Part shown: piece by piece, positions 39,740 to 51,331 of the stretch | Position numbering within the stretch: the stretch's first letter is position 1 | Layout of the letters: each line of letters opens with the position of its first letter | Source of the DNA: Octopus bimaculoides | Taxonomy: Eukaryota | Direction: 5' to 3' | Assembly: GCF_001194135.2 (NCBI RefSeq) | Contig: NC_068983.1 | Span: 57,322,550 to 57,386,097, forward strand | DNA: 63,548 bases | Notes under the pieces: generated by a model | Databases searched by the model: none | The model's input: the letters and a program-made list of their open reading frames with translations, nothing else | Told to the model about the DNA's origin: nothing | Program-made: the position numbers and the translations under genes

Positions 39740-40180
39740 AAATCATGATGATGATGATGGTGGTGGTGGAGCCGGTGAAGGTGGTTGTGGTACAGTAATG
39801 ATGATGATGATGTTGGTGGTGGTGGCGAAGCTAGTGAAGGTGGTTGTGGTAATAATGATGGTGGTGGTCAAACCAGTGAAGGTGGTTATGATGATGATGA
39901 TGGTGGTGGTGGTGGTGGTGGTGGTGGTGGTGGTGGTGTCAAAGCCAGTGAAGGTGGTTGTGGTAACGATGATGATGATGATGGCGGTGGTGGTGTCGAA
40001 GCCAGCAAAGGTGGTTGTGGTAATGGTGGTGGTAGCATTCAAGATGGTAAAAATGATTGTGATGGTAGTGGTGGTCAAAATGGAGAAGATGGTTGTGGTA
40101 ATGACGATGATGGTGGTGATGATGATGATGATGATTACAACAATAACAGCAATGATGATGATGATGATAGCGATGCTGAA
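39740..40180. repeat. GAT/GGT-rich minisatellite with recurring gaaggtggttgtggtaa units
   Basis: About five imperfect copies of ccagtgaaggtggttgtggtaa. Confidence 0.85.
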
Positions 40181-40759
40181 GACAGTGAGGACATCCAAAA
40201 AAAAAAAAGAAAAAAAGAAAAAGAGACGCCCGGTCTTGACTGAAATCCTCTGCAGTAAACATGTTGTGACATGTAGGAACATTATTAAATTGTCCGACTC
40301 TCTCCATCACAGATCTACATCAACCAATCTGGTACTTTGGTACTTTTCCGACAAAGGTCACACAAGTGTAATTCTGTTAACGAAATAAAAACAGATTGGA
40401 AAAAAAAACCCCAAAATAAAAAGAAAATAAATATTCAATTAACTAAAAGCATTTTGGGTAAAACCACAACTTTTCTAAAACTTGAAATATCTTTGAATTT
40501 TCTCTTTTGGTTTTGATATTGACCTGAAGAATTTCCAGTTCAACATGAAAGCAATAAAAGAGCTTAGGGGACCGATATCTCCTCCTTGAACTAAATAAAT
40601 GAAAAGAATAAGAAAAAAAAAATCAATGACTGGAAAAATATGACCTATAAAACACAGAAATGTTTGTTCTGAATGAAGTCTGAGGTCGAAACATCTAAAA
40701 TACCTGGAGGAGAGAAAGCACTAACGAGAAACACACAAGTAAAGCTCTTTCTTCCTACC

Positions 40760-40957
40760 TGGCTGTCTGGCTGCCTTTCTACCTGTTTCTCTCTCTCTTT
40801 GTCTCTGTCTTTCTGTCTTTCTCTCTGTCTGTTTCTCTCTGTCTCTCTCGCTCTTTGTCACTGTCTACCTGTCTGTCTCTGTCTCTCTTTTCGTCACTGT
40901 CTGTCTGTCTGTCTGTGTTTCTACCTCTTTCTATTGCTCTCTTTGTCTCTGTCTTTC

Positions 40958-41004
<47 letters not shown>

Positions 41005-41370
41005 TTCTATCATTCTACCTGTCTGCTTCTCTCTCTCTCTCTCTGTCTCTGTCTCTGTCTTTCTACCTGTCTGTTTCTTTCTGTCTCTCTCGCACTTTGT
41101 CTCTGTCTGTCTGTCTGTCTCTTTTTTCATCACTGTCTGTCTGTCTGTGTTTCTACCTCTTTCTATCTCTCTCTTTGTCTCTGTCTGTCTACCTGTCTCT
41201 GTTTCACCTTTTGTTGCTATCTTTCTACCTGTCTGTCTGTCTTTCTCTTTCTCTCTGTCTGTCTCTCTCTATTTCTGTCTGTCTGTCTCACTTTGTTTCT
41301 ATTTGTCTGTCTCTTTCTCTCTGTCTGTCTGTCTCTCACTTTCTGCCTCTGTCTCTCTCTCTCTCTCAGT
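40760..41370. repeat. Compound CT/TCTG pyrimidine-rich repeat
   Basis: Recurring tttctacctgtctg units. Confidence 0.9.
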
Positions 41371-41449
41371 TTAATGTGGTATCTTTATTTTCTCATGTAC
41401 ACATGATGTAATGAGATTGTACCATGACATACTGAATGCCATACAATAA

Positions 41450-41900
41450 TATCCCTTCCTACAACAGGCACAAAGCCTGAAATTCTGGGAAGGAGAAAAT
41501 CAATTACGTTGACTCCAGTGACCCCAAAACGATAGAAAGCAAAGTCGACCTTGCCAGCATTTGAACTCAGAACGTAAGGGACAAAATGTTTAACCGCATT
41601 TTGTCTGACATGCTAATGGTTCTACCATATTGCTGCCATCTTAATAATAATCCTATCTACTGGAAGCACAAGGGTTCAAATCTGGGGGAAGGGATTAAGT
41701 CGATTACATCGACCCCAGTGCGTAACTGGTACTTATTTAATCGACCCCGAAAGGATAAAAGGTAAAGTCGACCTTGGCAGAATTTGAACTCAGAACATAA
41801 AGACAGACAAAATACCACTAAGCATTTCCCCCAGCATGCAAACGATTCTTTTCTACTCTAAACACAAGACCTGAAATTTTGGGGGAGGGGGCCAGTCAAT
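41450..41900 (-). mobile_element. Tandem/nested family B SINEs (three copies)
   Basis: Repeated tails ctac..gcacaag and central domains. Confidence 0.8.
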
Positions 41901-42174
41901 TAGATTTCATTGCTACTATGGGAAATTATATTCTGCTTAATGAGTTTTTGCTTTACAAGCGATCTCCAGGAAAAAATTAACTCAAATATCAAGCATTACT
42001 GCACTTATGTATATACAAGTGCATTTTAAGTTCAAATTTAACCAGAGTTGATTTTAAGCTCTCTAACTTTGACGTTAGGATAAGTTAAAAGGGATTGACA
42101 AAGTGGTCAGTATTGACTCCTTAGGAAGTCTATGTTGCTATCTAAAGGGTTGATAAATTTTCATATTTTAGTGT

Positions 42175-42880
42175 GCACACACAACAGCGTGTAAGGTAAG
42201 TGCCCTGAGAGAAATGTTGGACATACGAAGCATCAGATGTGGTGTACAAGAGAGATGACTGTGCTAGTATGGTCATGTGCTGCGTATGAATGAGGAAAGC
42301 TGTGTGAAGAAGTGTCACACCCTAACAGAGGAAGGAATCTATGGAAGAGGGAGACCCAGGAAGACATGGGATGAAGTGTGAAGCATGACCTTCAAACGTT
42401 GGGTCTCACAGAAGCAATGACAAGAGACTGAGACTTTTGGAGATATGCTGTAATTGAGAAGACCCAGCAAGTAAAGTGAGATCACAGCCATAGCCTATAC
42501 CAGCCCATTTTAAATGTACCCTTGAATCATGGGGCAATACGCTGTGCTTTGAGAAGACCTTTTGAGTCAATTAAAATCAAAAATCAAAATTACAATAAAA
42601 AATGGAAATTGTAGTTGTGGCTGATGACAATGCCACCTAACCAGCACCCATGCCAGTGGCATGTAATAAACATCATTCAAGTGTGGATCAATGCCAGTCC
42701 CATCTGACTGACTCCCTGTACCAGTGACATGTAAACAGCACTCTCCAAACATGGTCGATACCAGTCCCCACCCCCTGACTGGTTCCTCTGCCAGTGGCAT
42801 GTAAAAAGCACCATCTGAATGTGGTCAGTACCAGTGCCGCCTGACTGGCTCCTATTCTGGTGGCACATAAAAAGCACCCA
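42175..42880 (+). mobile_element. RTE LINE 3' end: ORF2 C-terminus plus 3' UTR with ~60-bp tandem units
   Basis: IRSIRCGVQER*LC*YGHVLRMNEESCVKKC..GRGRPRKTWDEV..DL..LGLTEAMTRD..FWRYAV (42175-42480), followed by family C subrepeats to ~42880. Confidence 0.85.
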
Positions 42881-43245
42881 CTTTGTATCATGCTGAATCT
42901 CCCCGAGAACTACATTAAAGGTACATGTGTCTGTAGAATGCTCAGCCACTTGCACGTTAATTTAACAAGCAGGCTGTTCCATTGATCAGATCAACTGGAA
43001 CCCTCTTTGTTGAAACCAACAGAGTGCTACAATGATAATAGAAGACACTTGCCCAAGGAGCCAAGCAGTGGGACAGACCCTGAACCCATATGATAGGGAA
43101 GCAAATTGCTTAACTTCACACAACTAGATACGGTTATTTCATGAAATTATTGATTTTGAATTCAATATTTTCTATTTAAAACAAAAAAAAAATTAGAAAA
43201 TTACTATTTGTAAATCTCACAATGAGAGATATTCAGCAACAGTAC

Positions 43246-43607
43246 TTTGGAGTAAAGATTGTTTGCCAACATAACATGGCAGTCCTGGTTTAGGATGAAT
43301 GTTGCTGTAATTTAGCCCCAGGAGACATCGTCTCCAGCTGGCTATATACGACATGATCTGTGTCCTTATATTATCGAACAAGGGAATCTAGCACCCCCAC
43401 TCAGCTCAAAACAATATCTGTGTATCGTGATTTCTGGGTTATTTCCCTTCATCAGATATTGTTTTAATCTGAGTCGGGGTGCTAGATTCCCTTGTTCGAA
43501 AATATAAGGACACAAATTGTGTCGATGTCTCCTGGGGCTAAATTACAGCAACATTCATCCTAAACCAGGACTGCCATGTTATGTTGGCAAATTATCTTTA
43601 CTCCAAA
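43246..43607. repeat. Long palindrome (arms 43246-43420 and 43453-43607) with a hammerhead-like core at the apex on the minus strand
   Basis: Arms complementary over ~155 bp with one ~18-nt indel; minus strand reads caatat CTGATGA AGGG aaataa CCCA GAAA tcacgata. Confidence 0.9.
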
Positions 43608-43877
43608 AGAAAAAAATGTTCTGAACTGAAATATAATTATCTGTATTGATAAGCAGACCCCCTCCCCAAACCAATTACAAATTGGATGGGAATAAGTGAC
43701 CAGCAGTGAATTGTGAACTTCAAGATGTGTTCCAATATACTAAAATGTTGAACAAATTAATTTTAATGGTCAGGCTTTGAATATAATTGCTAGTTTGATA
43801 AGTGCTAACATACAAAACTCTCGGCCCTTGAGTCACTCTATTGCTTCTGCTAAAGTTTATCAAAAATATATATCTAT

Positions 43878-44290
43878 AGGCGCCAGAGTGGCTATGTGGT
43901 AAGTAGCTTGCTTACCAACCATATGGTCCCGGGTTCAGTCTCACTGTGTGGCACCTTGGGCAAGTGTCTTCTACTATGACCTTGGGCCAACCAAAGCCTT
44001 GTGGGTCGATCTGGTAGATGGAAACTGAAAGAAACCCATCATATATACATGTGTGTGTGTGTGTATGTATATATGTATGTATGTATGTGTGTGTGTGTGT
44101 TTGTTCCCCCACCATCACTTGACAACCGATGTTGATGTGTTTATATTCCTGTAACTTAGCAGTTTAGTAAAAAAGACCAAGAGAATAAGTACTAGACTTA
44201 CAACGAATAAGTCCTGGAGTCGATTTGCTCGACTAAATGTGGTTCTCCAGCATGGCCACAGTCAAATGACAAACAAATAAAAGAATACTC
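43878..44290 (+). mobile_element. Family A SINE, full length
   Basis: Matches 2259-2665. Confidence 0.9.
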
Positions 44291-44564
44291 ATGTTTTGAG
44301 CTCTGCTTTCCCTGTTTGCATCATGAAACCTGCTCCTGGAAATATCTCTCTTAGTGAATTAATTAGAAGTTTATAAAATGGCCTAATGAGGTGTAATCTC
44401 GTACAGTATTACAGACAGCATTTGGTAGTGAAGTTGTTAGCGAAGTATGGCATATTTAACTGTGCAGAAGAGAGGGCTATACACATGAGCATACATGCAC
44501 ATGTATGCACACAAATATATACCTATCTATCAATCTATCTATCTATCTTTCCCATTTTTTTTTT

Positions 44565-44695
44565 CAGATCCCTTTTGATCGGAATTTTACTTTTTTCTTA
44601 TTTTCCCCCTTTTTTTTTAAATTTTGAAAAAGGAAAGCTCTACATTTGTATTTGTCCCCTCTGTGTTCAGCCCTGTGTGGCCAATAAAGTAAGTT
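44565..44695 (+). mobile_element. Solo 3' end of the L1/Tx1-like family, followed by (TATC)n
   Basis: tttgtcccctctgtgttcagccctgtgtggccaataaag. Confidence 0.65.
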
Positions 44696-45220
44696 ATCTT
44701 TCCATCTATCTATCTAGCTATCTATCTATCTTTCTATCTACCTGTTTATCTATCTATCTGTTTATCAATCTATCTTTCTATCCATCTATTTATCTATCTA
44801 TATATTTATCTATCTATCTATTTATCTATCTGTCTATCTATCTATCAAGCTTTCTATTTATTTATATATCTATATATATTTATCTATCTATCTATTTATC
44901 TATCTATATATTTATTTATATATCTATCTATCTATATATATTTATATATCTATCTATATATTTATTTATATATCTATCTATCTATCTATCTATTTATCTA
45001 TCTACCTATCTATTTATCTATCTATCTCATTTTTCTATCTACCTGACTATATCTGTATATATATATATATATATATNNNNNNNNNNNNNNNNNNNNNNNN
45101 NNNNNNNNNNNNNNNNNNNNNNNNNNNNNNNNNNNNNNNNNNNNNNNNNNNNNNNNNNNNNNNNNNNNNNNNNNNNNNNNNNNNNNNNNNNNNNNNNNNN
45201 NNNNNNNNNNNNNNNNNNNN

Positions 45221-45261
<41 letters not shown>

Positions 45262-45799
45262 TATCAATTTTGAATTTAATGATTTATATTTGGAACAATC
45301 TGAAGTGAATGTCAATTTCTCTATCCAGAAAGAGAGAGCCAATTACTGATTGATTGGCAATAAGCAACATAACAAGAATCATGAATTGCAAATCTTACTC
45401 TCTGTCTCCCCACAATGTATACACACACACACACACACACATATATTTAAGTAAATATTTAAGTTTTGGGTATATTCCTAGTCGTAAGCCGATGAAGCAC
45501 GTTCACTGCCTATGGCTACCTGAAGTCATCCACAGTGTTTATACAATTATCGCTAGATCTACATCAATATATAACAAATGATAGAGATGGAAAATGGAAG
45601 ATATGAGACTTTATTGCACATAATGATCGTTTTAATGCATCCTGCATCGCTCCCTCACTGTGCGGATAGGATACTGTGCAACTGGTTGTGGTGCATTCCT
45701 CAGTGCAGATACATCTTCTCAAGGGATTTCTTGTTAAATACATTTTGTTTTGCTCGGTTTTCATACAGCATGTTGTTAGTGACAGTATGTTTAAGCTGT

Positions 45800-46045
45800 T
45801 ACTAAGGACTTTAGTTTTGCTAAATTAACACTAAGGTTCTTAGATTCCAGGCCTTGCTTTCACACCTGAAATTTCTTCACTAGGTCAGGTGGGGATTCAG
45901 CTATAGGAACAAGATCATCAGTGTAGAGGAGGTCTCAAGGGAAGCTGATCTTGAATTCGTCTGTTAAGGGCAGAGGACTAAGGTAAAAAAGATGGGGCTG
46001 AGAACTGAACCTTGGTGAACTCCTACTTGTACACTAAATCCATTG
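45800..46045 (-). pseudogene. RTE reverse transcriptase fragment
   Basis: FSVQVGVHQGSVLSPIFF...DLLYTDDLV.IAES...GLESKNLSVNLAKTKVL (QG..LSP and YxDD motifs). Confidence 0.88.
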
Positions 46046-46620
46046 CTATACTCATTGCCATTTTCCTGGTTTCTCTGGTGTATTTATTCCTCCCTAGACA
46101 GGACACCAGTCCATCACAGGGTTACTCATTTCTGCCAGCTGAGTGGAGTAGAGAAGGGTGAAATGAAGTGTCTTGCTCAAAAACGCAGCACATTGCTCAA
46201 CCCAGGAATGGAAACTGCAATCTTATAATCATGAACCTGATACCCTCACTACTAAGCCATGTGCCTCCTAGATGGGGGATCACACAGCTCATCCTGTCAC
46301 AGAAGAGTGTGGCTGTCTTGTGTAAAATGATGCAAGTTGCAGGACTCAATGAACATCGATACCTTGAGTGCACATTGTAGACCCCAGCAGATGAGATATA
46401 CACTTGTCCAGTTAAAGCAAAACTTATTTCACCCTTTTGATACCAATCTACCCAAAACTGTTCCTGGTTCTCTCATATTTCTTGTTTTGATGTGATTCAA
46501 AGCAAATATGTAAAACTGCTAGGTCTATCTATCTACCTACCTACGTATGTATGTATGTATGTATCTATCTATCTATACCTACGTATGTATGTATGTATGC
46601 ATCTATCTATCTATCGATCT

Positions 46621-46760
46621 ACATTATTCACATTATTTGTCCTCATCTTGTTTGTTGTTAACACAATGTTTCGGCTGATGTACACTCCAGCCTTCATCAG
46701 GTGTCTTGGGGAAGTTTCAAACCTGGGTTCTCATTCCTAAGGTATTTTTCAATGTTATTA

Positions 46761-46805
<45 letters not shown>

Positions 46806-47045
46806 TCACTGCCCATGGTTATATGGCATAGTGGTTAAGAGCACAGGCTACTAACCCCAAGATTCTGAGTTCGATTCTAAGCAGTGACCTGAATAATAAT
46901 AATAATAACATTGAAAAGTACCTTAGGAATGAGAACCCAGGTTTGAAATTTCCCCAAGACACCTGATGAAGGCTGGAAGGTATATCAGCTGAAACGTTGT
47001 GTTAACAACAAACAAGATGAGGACAAATACAAGTCAAATGTAAAT
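46621..47045 (+). mobile_element. tRNA-headed, hammerhead-containing element with an inverted duplication of its 3' part
   Basis: Left arm 46621-46812 is complementary to 46881-47045; tRNA-like head at 46817-46889 with A box tggcatagtgg and B box gagttcgattc; tail resumes at ~47515-47552 after an RTE insertion. Confidence 0.85.
46958..47003 (+). ncRNA. Minimal type I hammerhead ribozyme (PLE-type)
   Basis: Stem I GACAC/GTGTT, core CTGATGA plus an extra A, stem II GGCTG/CAGCT, GAA, palindromic stem III AC/GT, predicted GUU cleavage after 46998; antisense copy at 46660-46706. Confidence 0.75.
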
Positions 47046-47515
47046 CATCATCATCATCATCATCATCATTTAACGTCCGCTTTCCATGCTAGCATGGGTT
47101 GGACGATTTGACTGAGGACTGGTGAAACCAGATGGCTACACCAGGCTCCAATCTGGTTTGGCAGAGTTTCTACAGCTGGATGCCCTTCCTAATGCCAACC
47201 ACTCAGAGAGTGTAGTGGGTGCTTTTACGTGCCACCCGCACGAAGGCCAGTCAGGCGATACTGGCAACAGCCATGCTCAAAATGGTGCATTTTATGTACC
47301 ACCCACACAAGAGCCAGTCCAGGGGCACTGGCAACGATCTCGTTCAAAAATCCCACGAAGGCCAGCCAGGCGGCACTGGCAACGATCACGCTCAGAATGG
47401 TGTATTTCATGTGTCACCCGCACAAGAGCCAGTCCAGGGGCACTGGCAACGATCTCGCTCGAAAAATTTCATGTGTCACCTGCACAAGAGCCAGCCCAGG
47501 GGCACTGGCAACGAT
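47046..47515 (-). mobile_element. Family C RTE 3' end inserted into the tail of the HHR element
   Basis: (CAT)n, conserved tail and subrepeats; host sequence resumes with aaataatgtacataattcctcatctc. Confidence 0.88.
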
Positions 47516-47554
47516 AAATAATGTACATAATTCCTCATCTCTTAAATATAGAAT

Positions 47555-47585
<31 letters not shown>

Positions 47586-48524
47586 GTCTGTCTATCTACC
47601 TACTTACATATCTATGTATTTACCTATATATCTACCTACCTACCTACATATCTATCCACACACACACACATACAAATGGAACCTGATGTAGCTTTACGGC
47701 TCTCCTGATCCTGTTGAACTGTCCAACACATGCCAGCATAGAAAACAGATGTTAAATGACGATGACAACGATATGTGTGCGTGTGTGTGTGTATATATAT
47801 GTATATTCTAGTCAGCTACAATCAAACAGCATATGATGCCTGAAAGAATTCCTTGCCATTATGCCAGATATAAAAGATTTATGTAGTTTGAAGTAATATC
47901 ATAGTCGTGGCCTTTATGAAAAACTAAACTATGCATAGACATTTAAAAGCATATCACCAACCATTTTCCTAATGTAAATTAAGATTTTTAAAAAATTTGC
48001 TGTTTAAATTACAAACAATATTTTTTTTTTCTTTGTGCCTTTATCCTTTTTTTTTTTTTTTTTTTGTGGAATTTAAAACAGTACTGGAAATTAAATACTG
48101 TTTTTCATATAAAATCATTTTTAGTATTGGCAGAAGGAAAAAAAAAAATAGAAATTCTGAAAAATTCACTAAAGTGACATTACATAATCATTTTTATCTT
48201 GGAAAAGGATAATGCGAAGAAATAGCATGTACAGTAAACTTCAAATAAAAGCTACCCAGCTTTGATTTGAAATCTGTTATTAATATCTTTTTTGTATTAT
48301 TTTCTGCACCTATGAATTTATTTTATTCAAAGCTGTTTCATGTGATTTTAGTTATTTAATCTCACAGCTTTACCAAGCTATCCACCAACAAATGTACCAT
48401 TTATTGTCTAACATAAGAAAAACATTCATTCTTTTCAGGCTGTGAAAGGTAGATTAGCTGTTCATTGCTGATGACATGAAACAACGCAGAAATGCCTGCA
48501 ACCTATGATTCAGTGACGTTCATA

Positions 48525-48642
48525 GGTGCAGGTATGGCTGTGTGGTAAGATCCATGCTTTCCAACCACATGATACTTGGTTCTGTGTTACTGCATGGAAC
48601 CTTAGGCATGTATCTTCTGCTATAGCCCCAGCCTGACCAAAG

Positions 48643-48693
<51 letters not shown>

Positions 48694-48900
48694 TATGAGG
48701 GGGAGCTGTGTTTCTCTCCCTCTCCACTTAACAACTAATGTTAATGTGTTTATATTCCCATGACTAAACAGTTTGGCAAAAGAGACCAACGGAGTAAGTA
48801 TGAAGCTTAAACAAGTATTGGAGTCAATTCATCAACTAAAATTCCTCCAGCATGGCCACAGTCTAATGACTGAAACAAATAAAAGAAAGTAGAAGAAAGT
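48525..48900 (+). mobile_element. Family A SINE with internal deletion and (CA)n
   Basis: Head and tail match family A. Confidence 0.8.
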
Positions 48901-49282
48901 CTATATTCAAAATAACTAAATTTACAAATTGTATCACTTTTCTGGTCACTGATAAAATTAATCACATCAAAGTGGCTGTTGAATGTTACTACTAGTTTAA
49001 CCCCAGGCAGATTCCCCACCAGCTGGTTGTCAGTACCCTTTATATACAATATATTGTTATCTTGGATAGTGAACCCTTGCCACTCACTAGCAGGTAACAG
49101 AATCACAAAACTGACTTGGTTTTGAGCTATTTGGATCATCCTCAGTTACAAGCACCTGCATGCCAGAGCGATAGCCTGGGTCCACTATTGCTAACAATAT
49201 ATAGTAAACAAAGTGACCATCGGTCACTGATATGCAACAAGCAACTATCAATAACACTAGCACTCATACCATGAGTTCAGCT

Positions 49283-49635
49283 AAAGACCCTCCCACCACC
49301 GTGCATTGGTCATGAATGACCATGGGATTGCACCTAGAATGTTACCCTCTGTGGTACAAGTCTGGGCAAGGTTGTTTGTAGAAGACAAGCATTCACCCAT
49401 ATATATACCAGTCTCCCCTCTCCGCACCACCAATGTTATCCGAGAGAAAGGCAAAGTCCGATAGAGCTTGACATCAGTCAGATCACAACTCATTTTTGCC
49501 AGCTGAGTGAACTGGAGCAATATGAAATAAAATGTCTTGCTCAAGAACAATACACACAGCCCAGTCTTGGAATTGAACTTACTATCTCCGGATTGTGCGC
49601 CTGATGCTCTAACCACTGAGCCATGCCCTTTCACT
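49283..49635 (-). mobile_element. tRNA/CORE-type SINE with a tail different from family D
   Basis: Same head and CORE block as family D (ctcatttttgccagctgagtgaactggagcaa...tcttgctcaag), different 3' region. Confidence 0.7.
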
Positions 49636-51286
49636 GAGTTAACCTACACTAAGTACATTTTCAAATCCTTTCAGAGAACATCCCAATATAAAACTTTCTA
49701 CCTGTGTTTCTAAACTAACTGATCTTTACCTGTAACAATTATCTCCCACTGTGTCTGTCTTACAATCTAGAAAGATCTGGGAAAGTTCTCTTTCAGAATT
49801 GAAGTGCAGGCACAGCTTGAGGTTAAGATTATATTCATGTCTGAATTCATTTTGTTCAAAGCTGTTTCGTGTGACTTTATTTATTGAATTCTAGATTTAC
49901 CAGCTTTTATTCACATCAGCAAATGTCTCATTTGACGTTCTAATATAAAAAATGGATTCATTCTTTTCAGGCTGTGAAGGGCACACTGGGTGTTCATTGC
50001 TGATGATATAAAACAGCGCAGAAATGCATGCATCCTACCATTTAGTGACATCATTCACCGACCAATATATTTTCACAAATGTTATCTGGAAGAAGAATTT
50101 TCTCTCAAAACTTTTTTCTGCAGCAGAAACTCTTTCCACATCCATTTATACTTGAACACATTAAGCATGACTTTACATGAACGTGTTTAGTTTTATACTT
50201 GTCTTTCCTTTTCTCTATATATTCCCCCCTTTGTTTTTTATTCAAAGATAGGTTAGAGATAAGTTACCCACCACATAAGAAATCATTATACAGAGATTGC
50301 AAATCAGCTTCCATAAGGCAATTTATTATTAATTTTATATGTTTCAAATTGAGATACATTTATAAAATATGAAAATATTGCTCATCTAACTACTTTCAAT
50401 TCATGCTTAGGCTCTCAATTTTAAGTCAAATTTGATCAATTTCCAACAGCAATTTTTTACAAGGCTGTAAAATTACAGACATTATTCAGTACAGAATAAC
50501 AGTTTCATTTGTTAATAGCTACTAAGAAAGACGTCAAATCATTTTATACAGTTTTATGTCTAATTTTAATATTTTCTCTTCTTTTTTCTTTCAGTTTCTT
50601 ACTTGTGAATGTTTCTTAACCAGAGATCTCCAATTTTATATCCAAATATTGCATCATTTTAAATATTTTTCACAAAATTTTGATGTAAAGAAATTCCTTT
50701 CCTCAACTATTTTTCATGTTTTTCTCTTTTTCAAATTTTTATTTCGGTTCTATTTTTTGTTTTTATATTTAAAATTATTTATCAGCTATTTCTAGTACTT
50801 AAAATAATAATTTAAACAAATTTCAACTAAAGAGAATATGAGAGCCTGGAAAAGTAATATTTCACAATGGATCTGGTAATAAGAAGGCGGCAGTGGATGG
50901 AGGAAAAGATACAAGTAGAAAGAAATTTATAAAGTCAGCTGGAATCTAAAAATCAATAATTTCTCCAAATAATACATATTCCTATTACTATATTCAAGGA
51001 ATTGTTGTCCCTATGTTAATAATGTTCATATCCACTAGAGAAATGACAAGTTCATATGAAAATAAAGAAAATAAAAGAGAAAGAATATATATTTTTTGTT
51101 GCTTTTTATTTTTTCTTATTTTTGTCCTTCTTTTTAAGAATCTTTCTAATATTGGTTTGACAACTGATCTGGCATGGCAGATAGCAGTAATGAAATTCTA
51201 CTATTATGCAAATTGAAGAATTTCTCTAACAAAACCAAAATATTGATGATGATGATCATCATCATAATAATAATAATAATTATTAT

Positions 51287-51331
<45 letters not shown>

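Noticed and set aside
40215-40375. Minus-strand acceptor followed by a frame with an in-frame TGA (QIG*CRSV), a possible selenocysteine, and a PHD-like CDLC in another frame
   Set aside because: It matches no selenoprotein motif I know, I saw no donor site or SECIS, and the PHD pattern is incomplete.
39348-40388. Long ORFs (346 aa, 152 aa Gly/Asp-rich, and others)
   Set aside because: They are products of GAT/GGT/CAC low-complexity repeats plus a retroelement fragment; no recognisable domain.
40668-40700. ctgaatgaagtctgaggtcgaaacatc, a degenerate hammerhead-like motif
   Set aside because: The core has an extra base and the stems do not pair; at best a decayed PLE trace.
40673-41411. Leu/Ser/Cys-rich ORFs of 233, 183 and 104 aa
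   Set aside because: Translation of a CT/TCTG microsatellite.
46817-46889. Functional tRNA-Ser gene
   Set aside because: Anticodon and T stems have mismatches, there is no long variable arm or poly-T terminator, and it is embedded in a repeat; treated as a SINE head.
48462-48500. CTGATGA cat GAAAC as a hammerhead lacking stem II
   Set aside because: No NUH triplet or stem I/III pairing, and the paralogous copy has TAAAAC.
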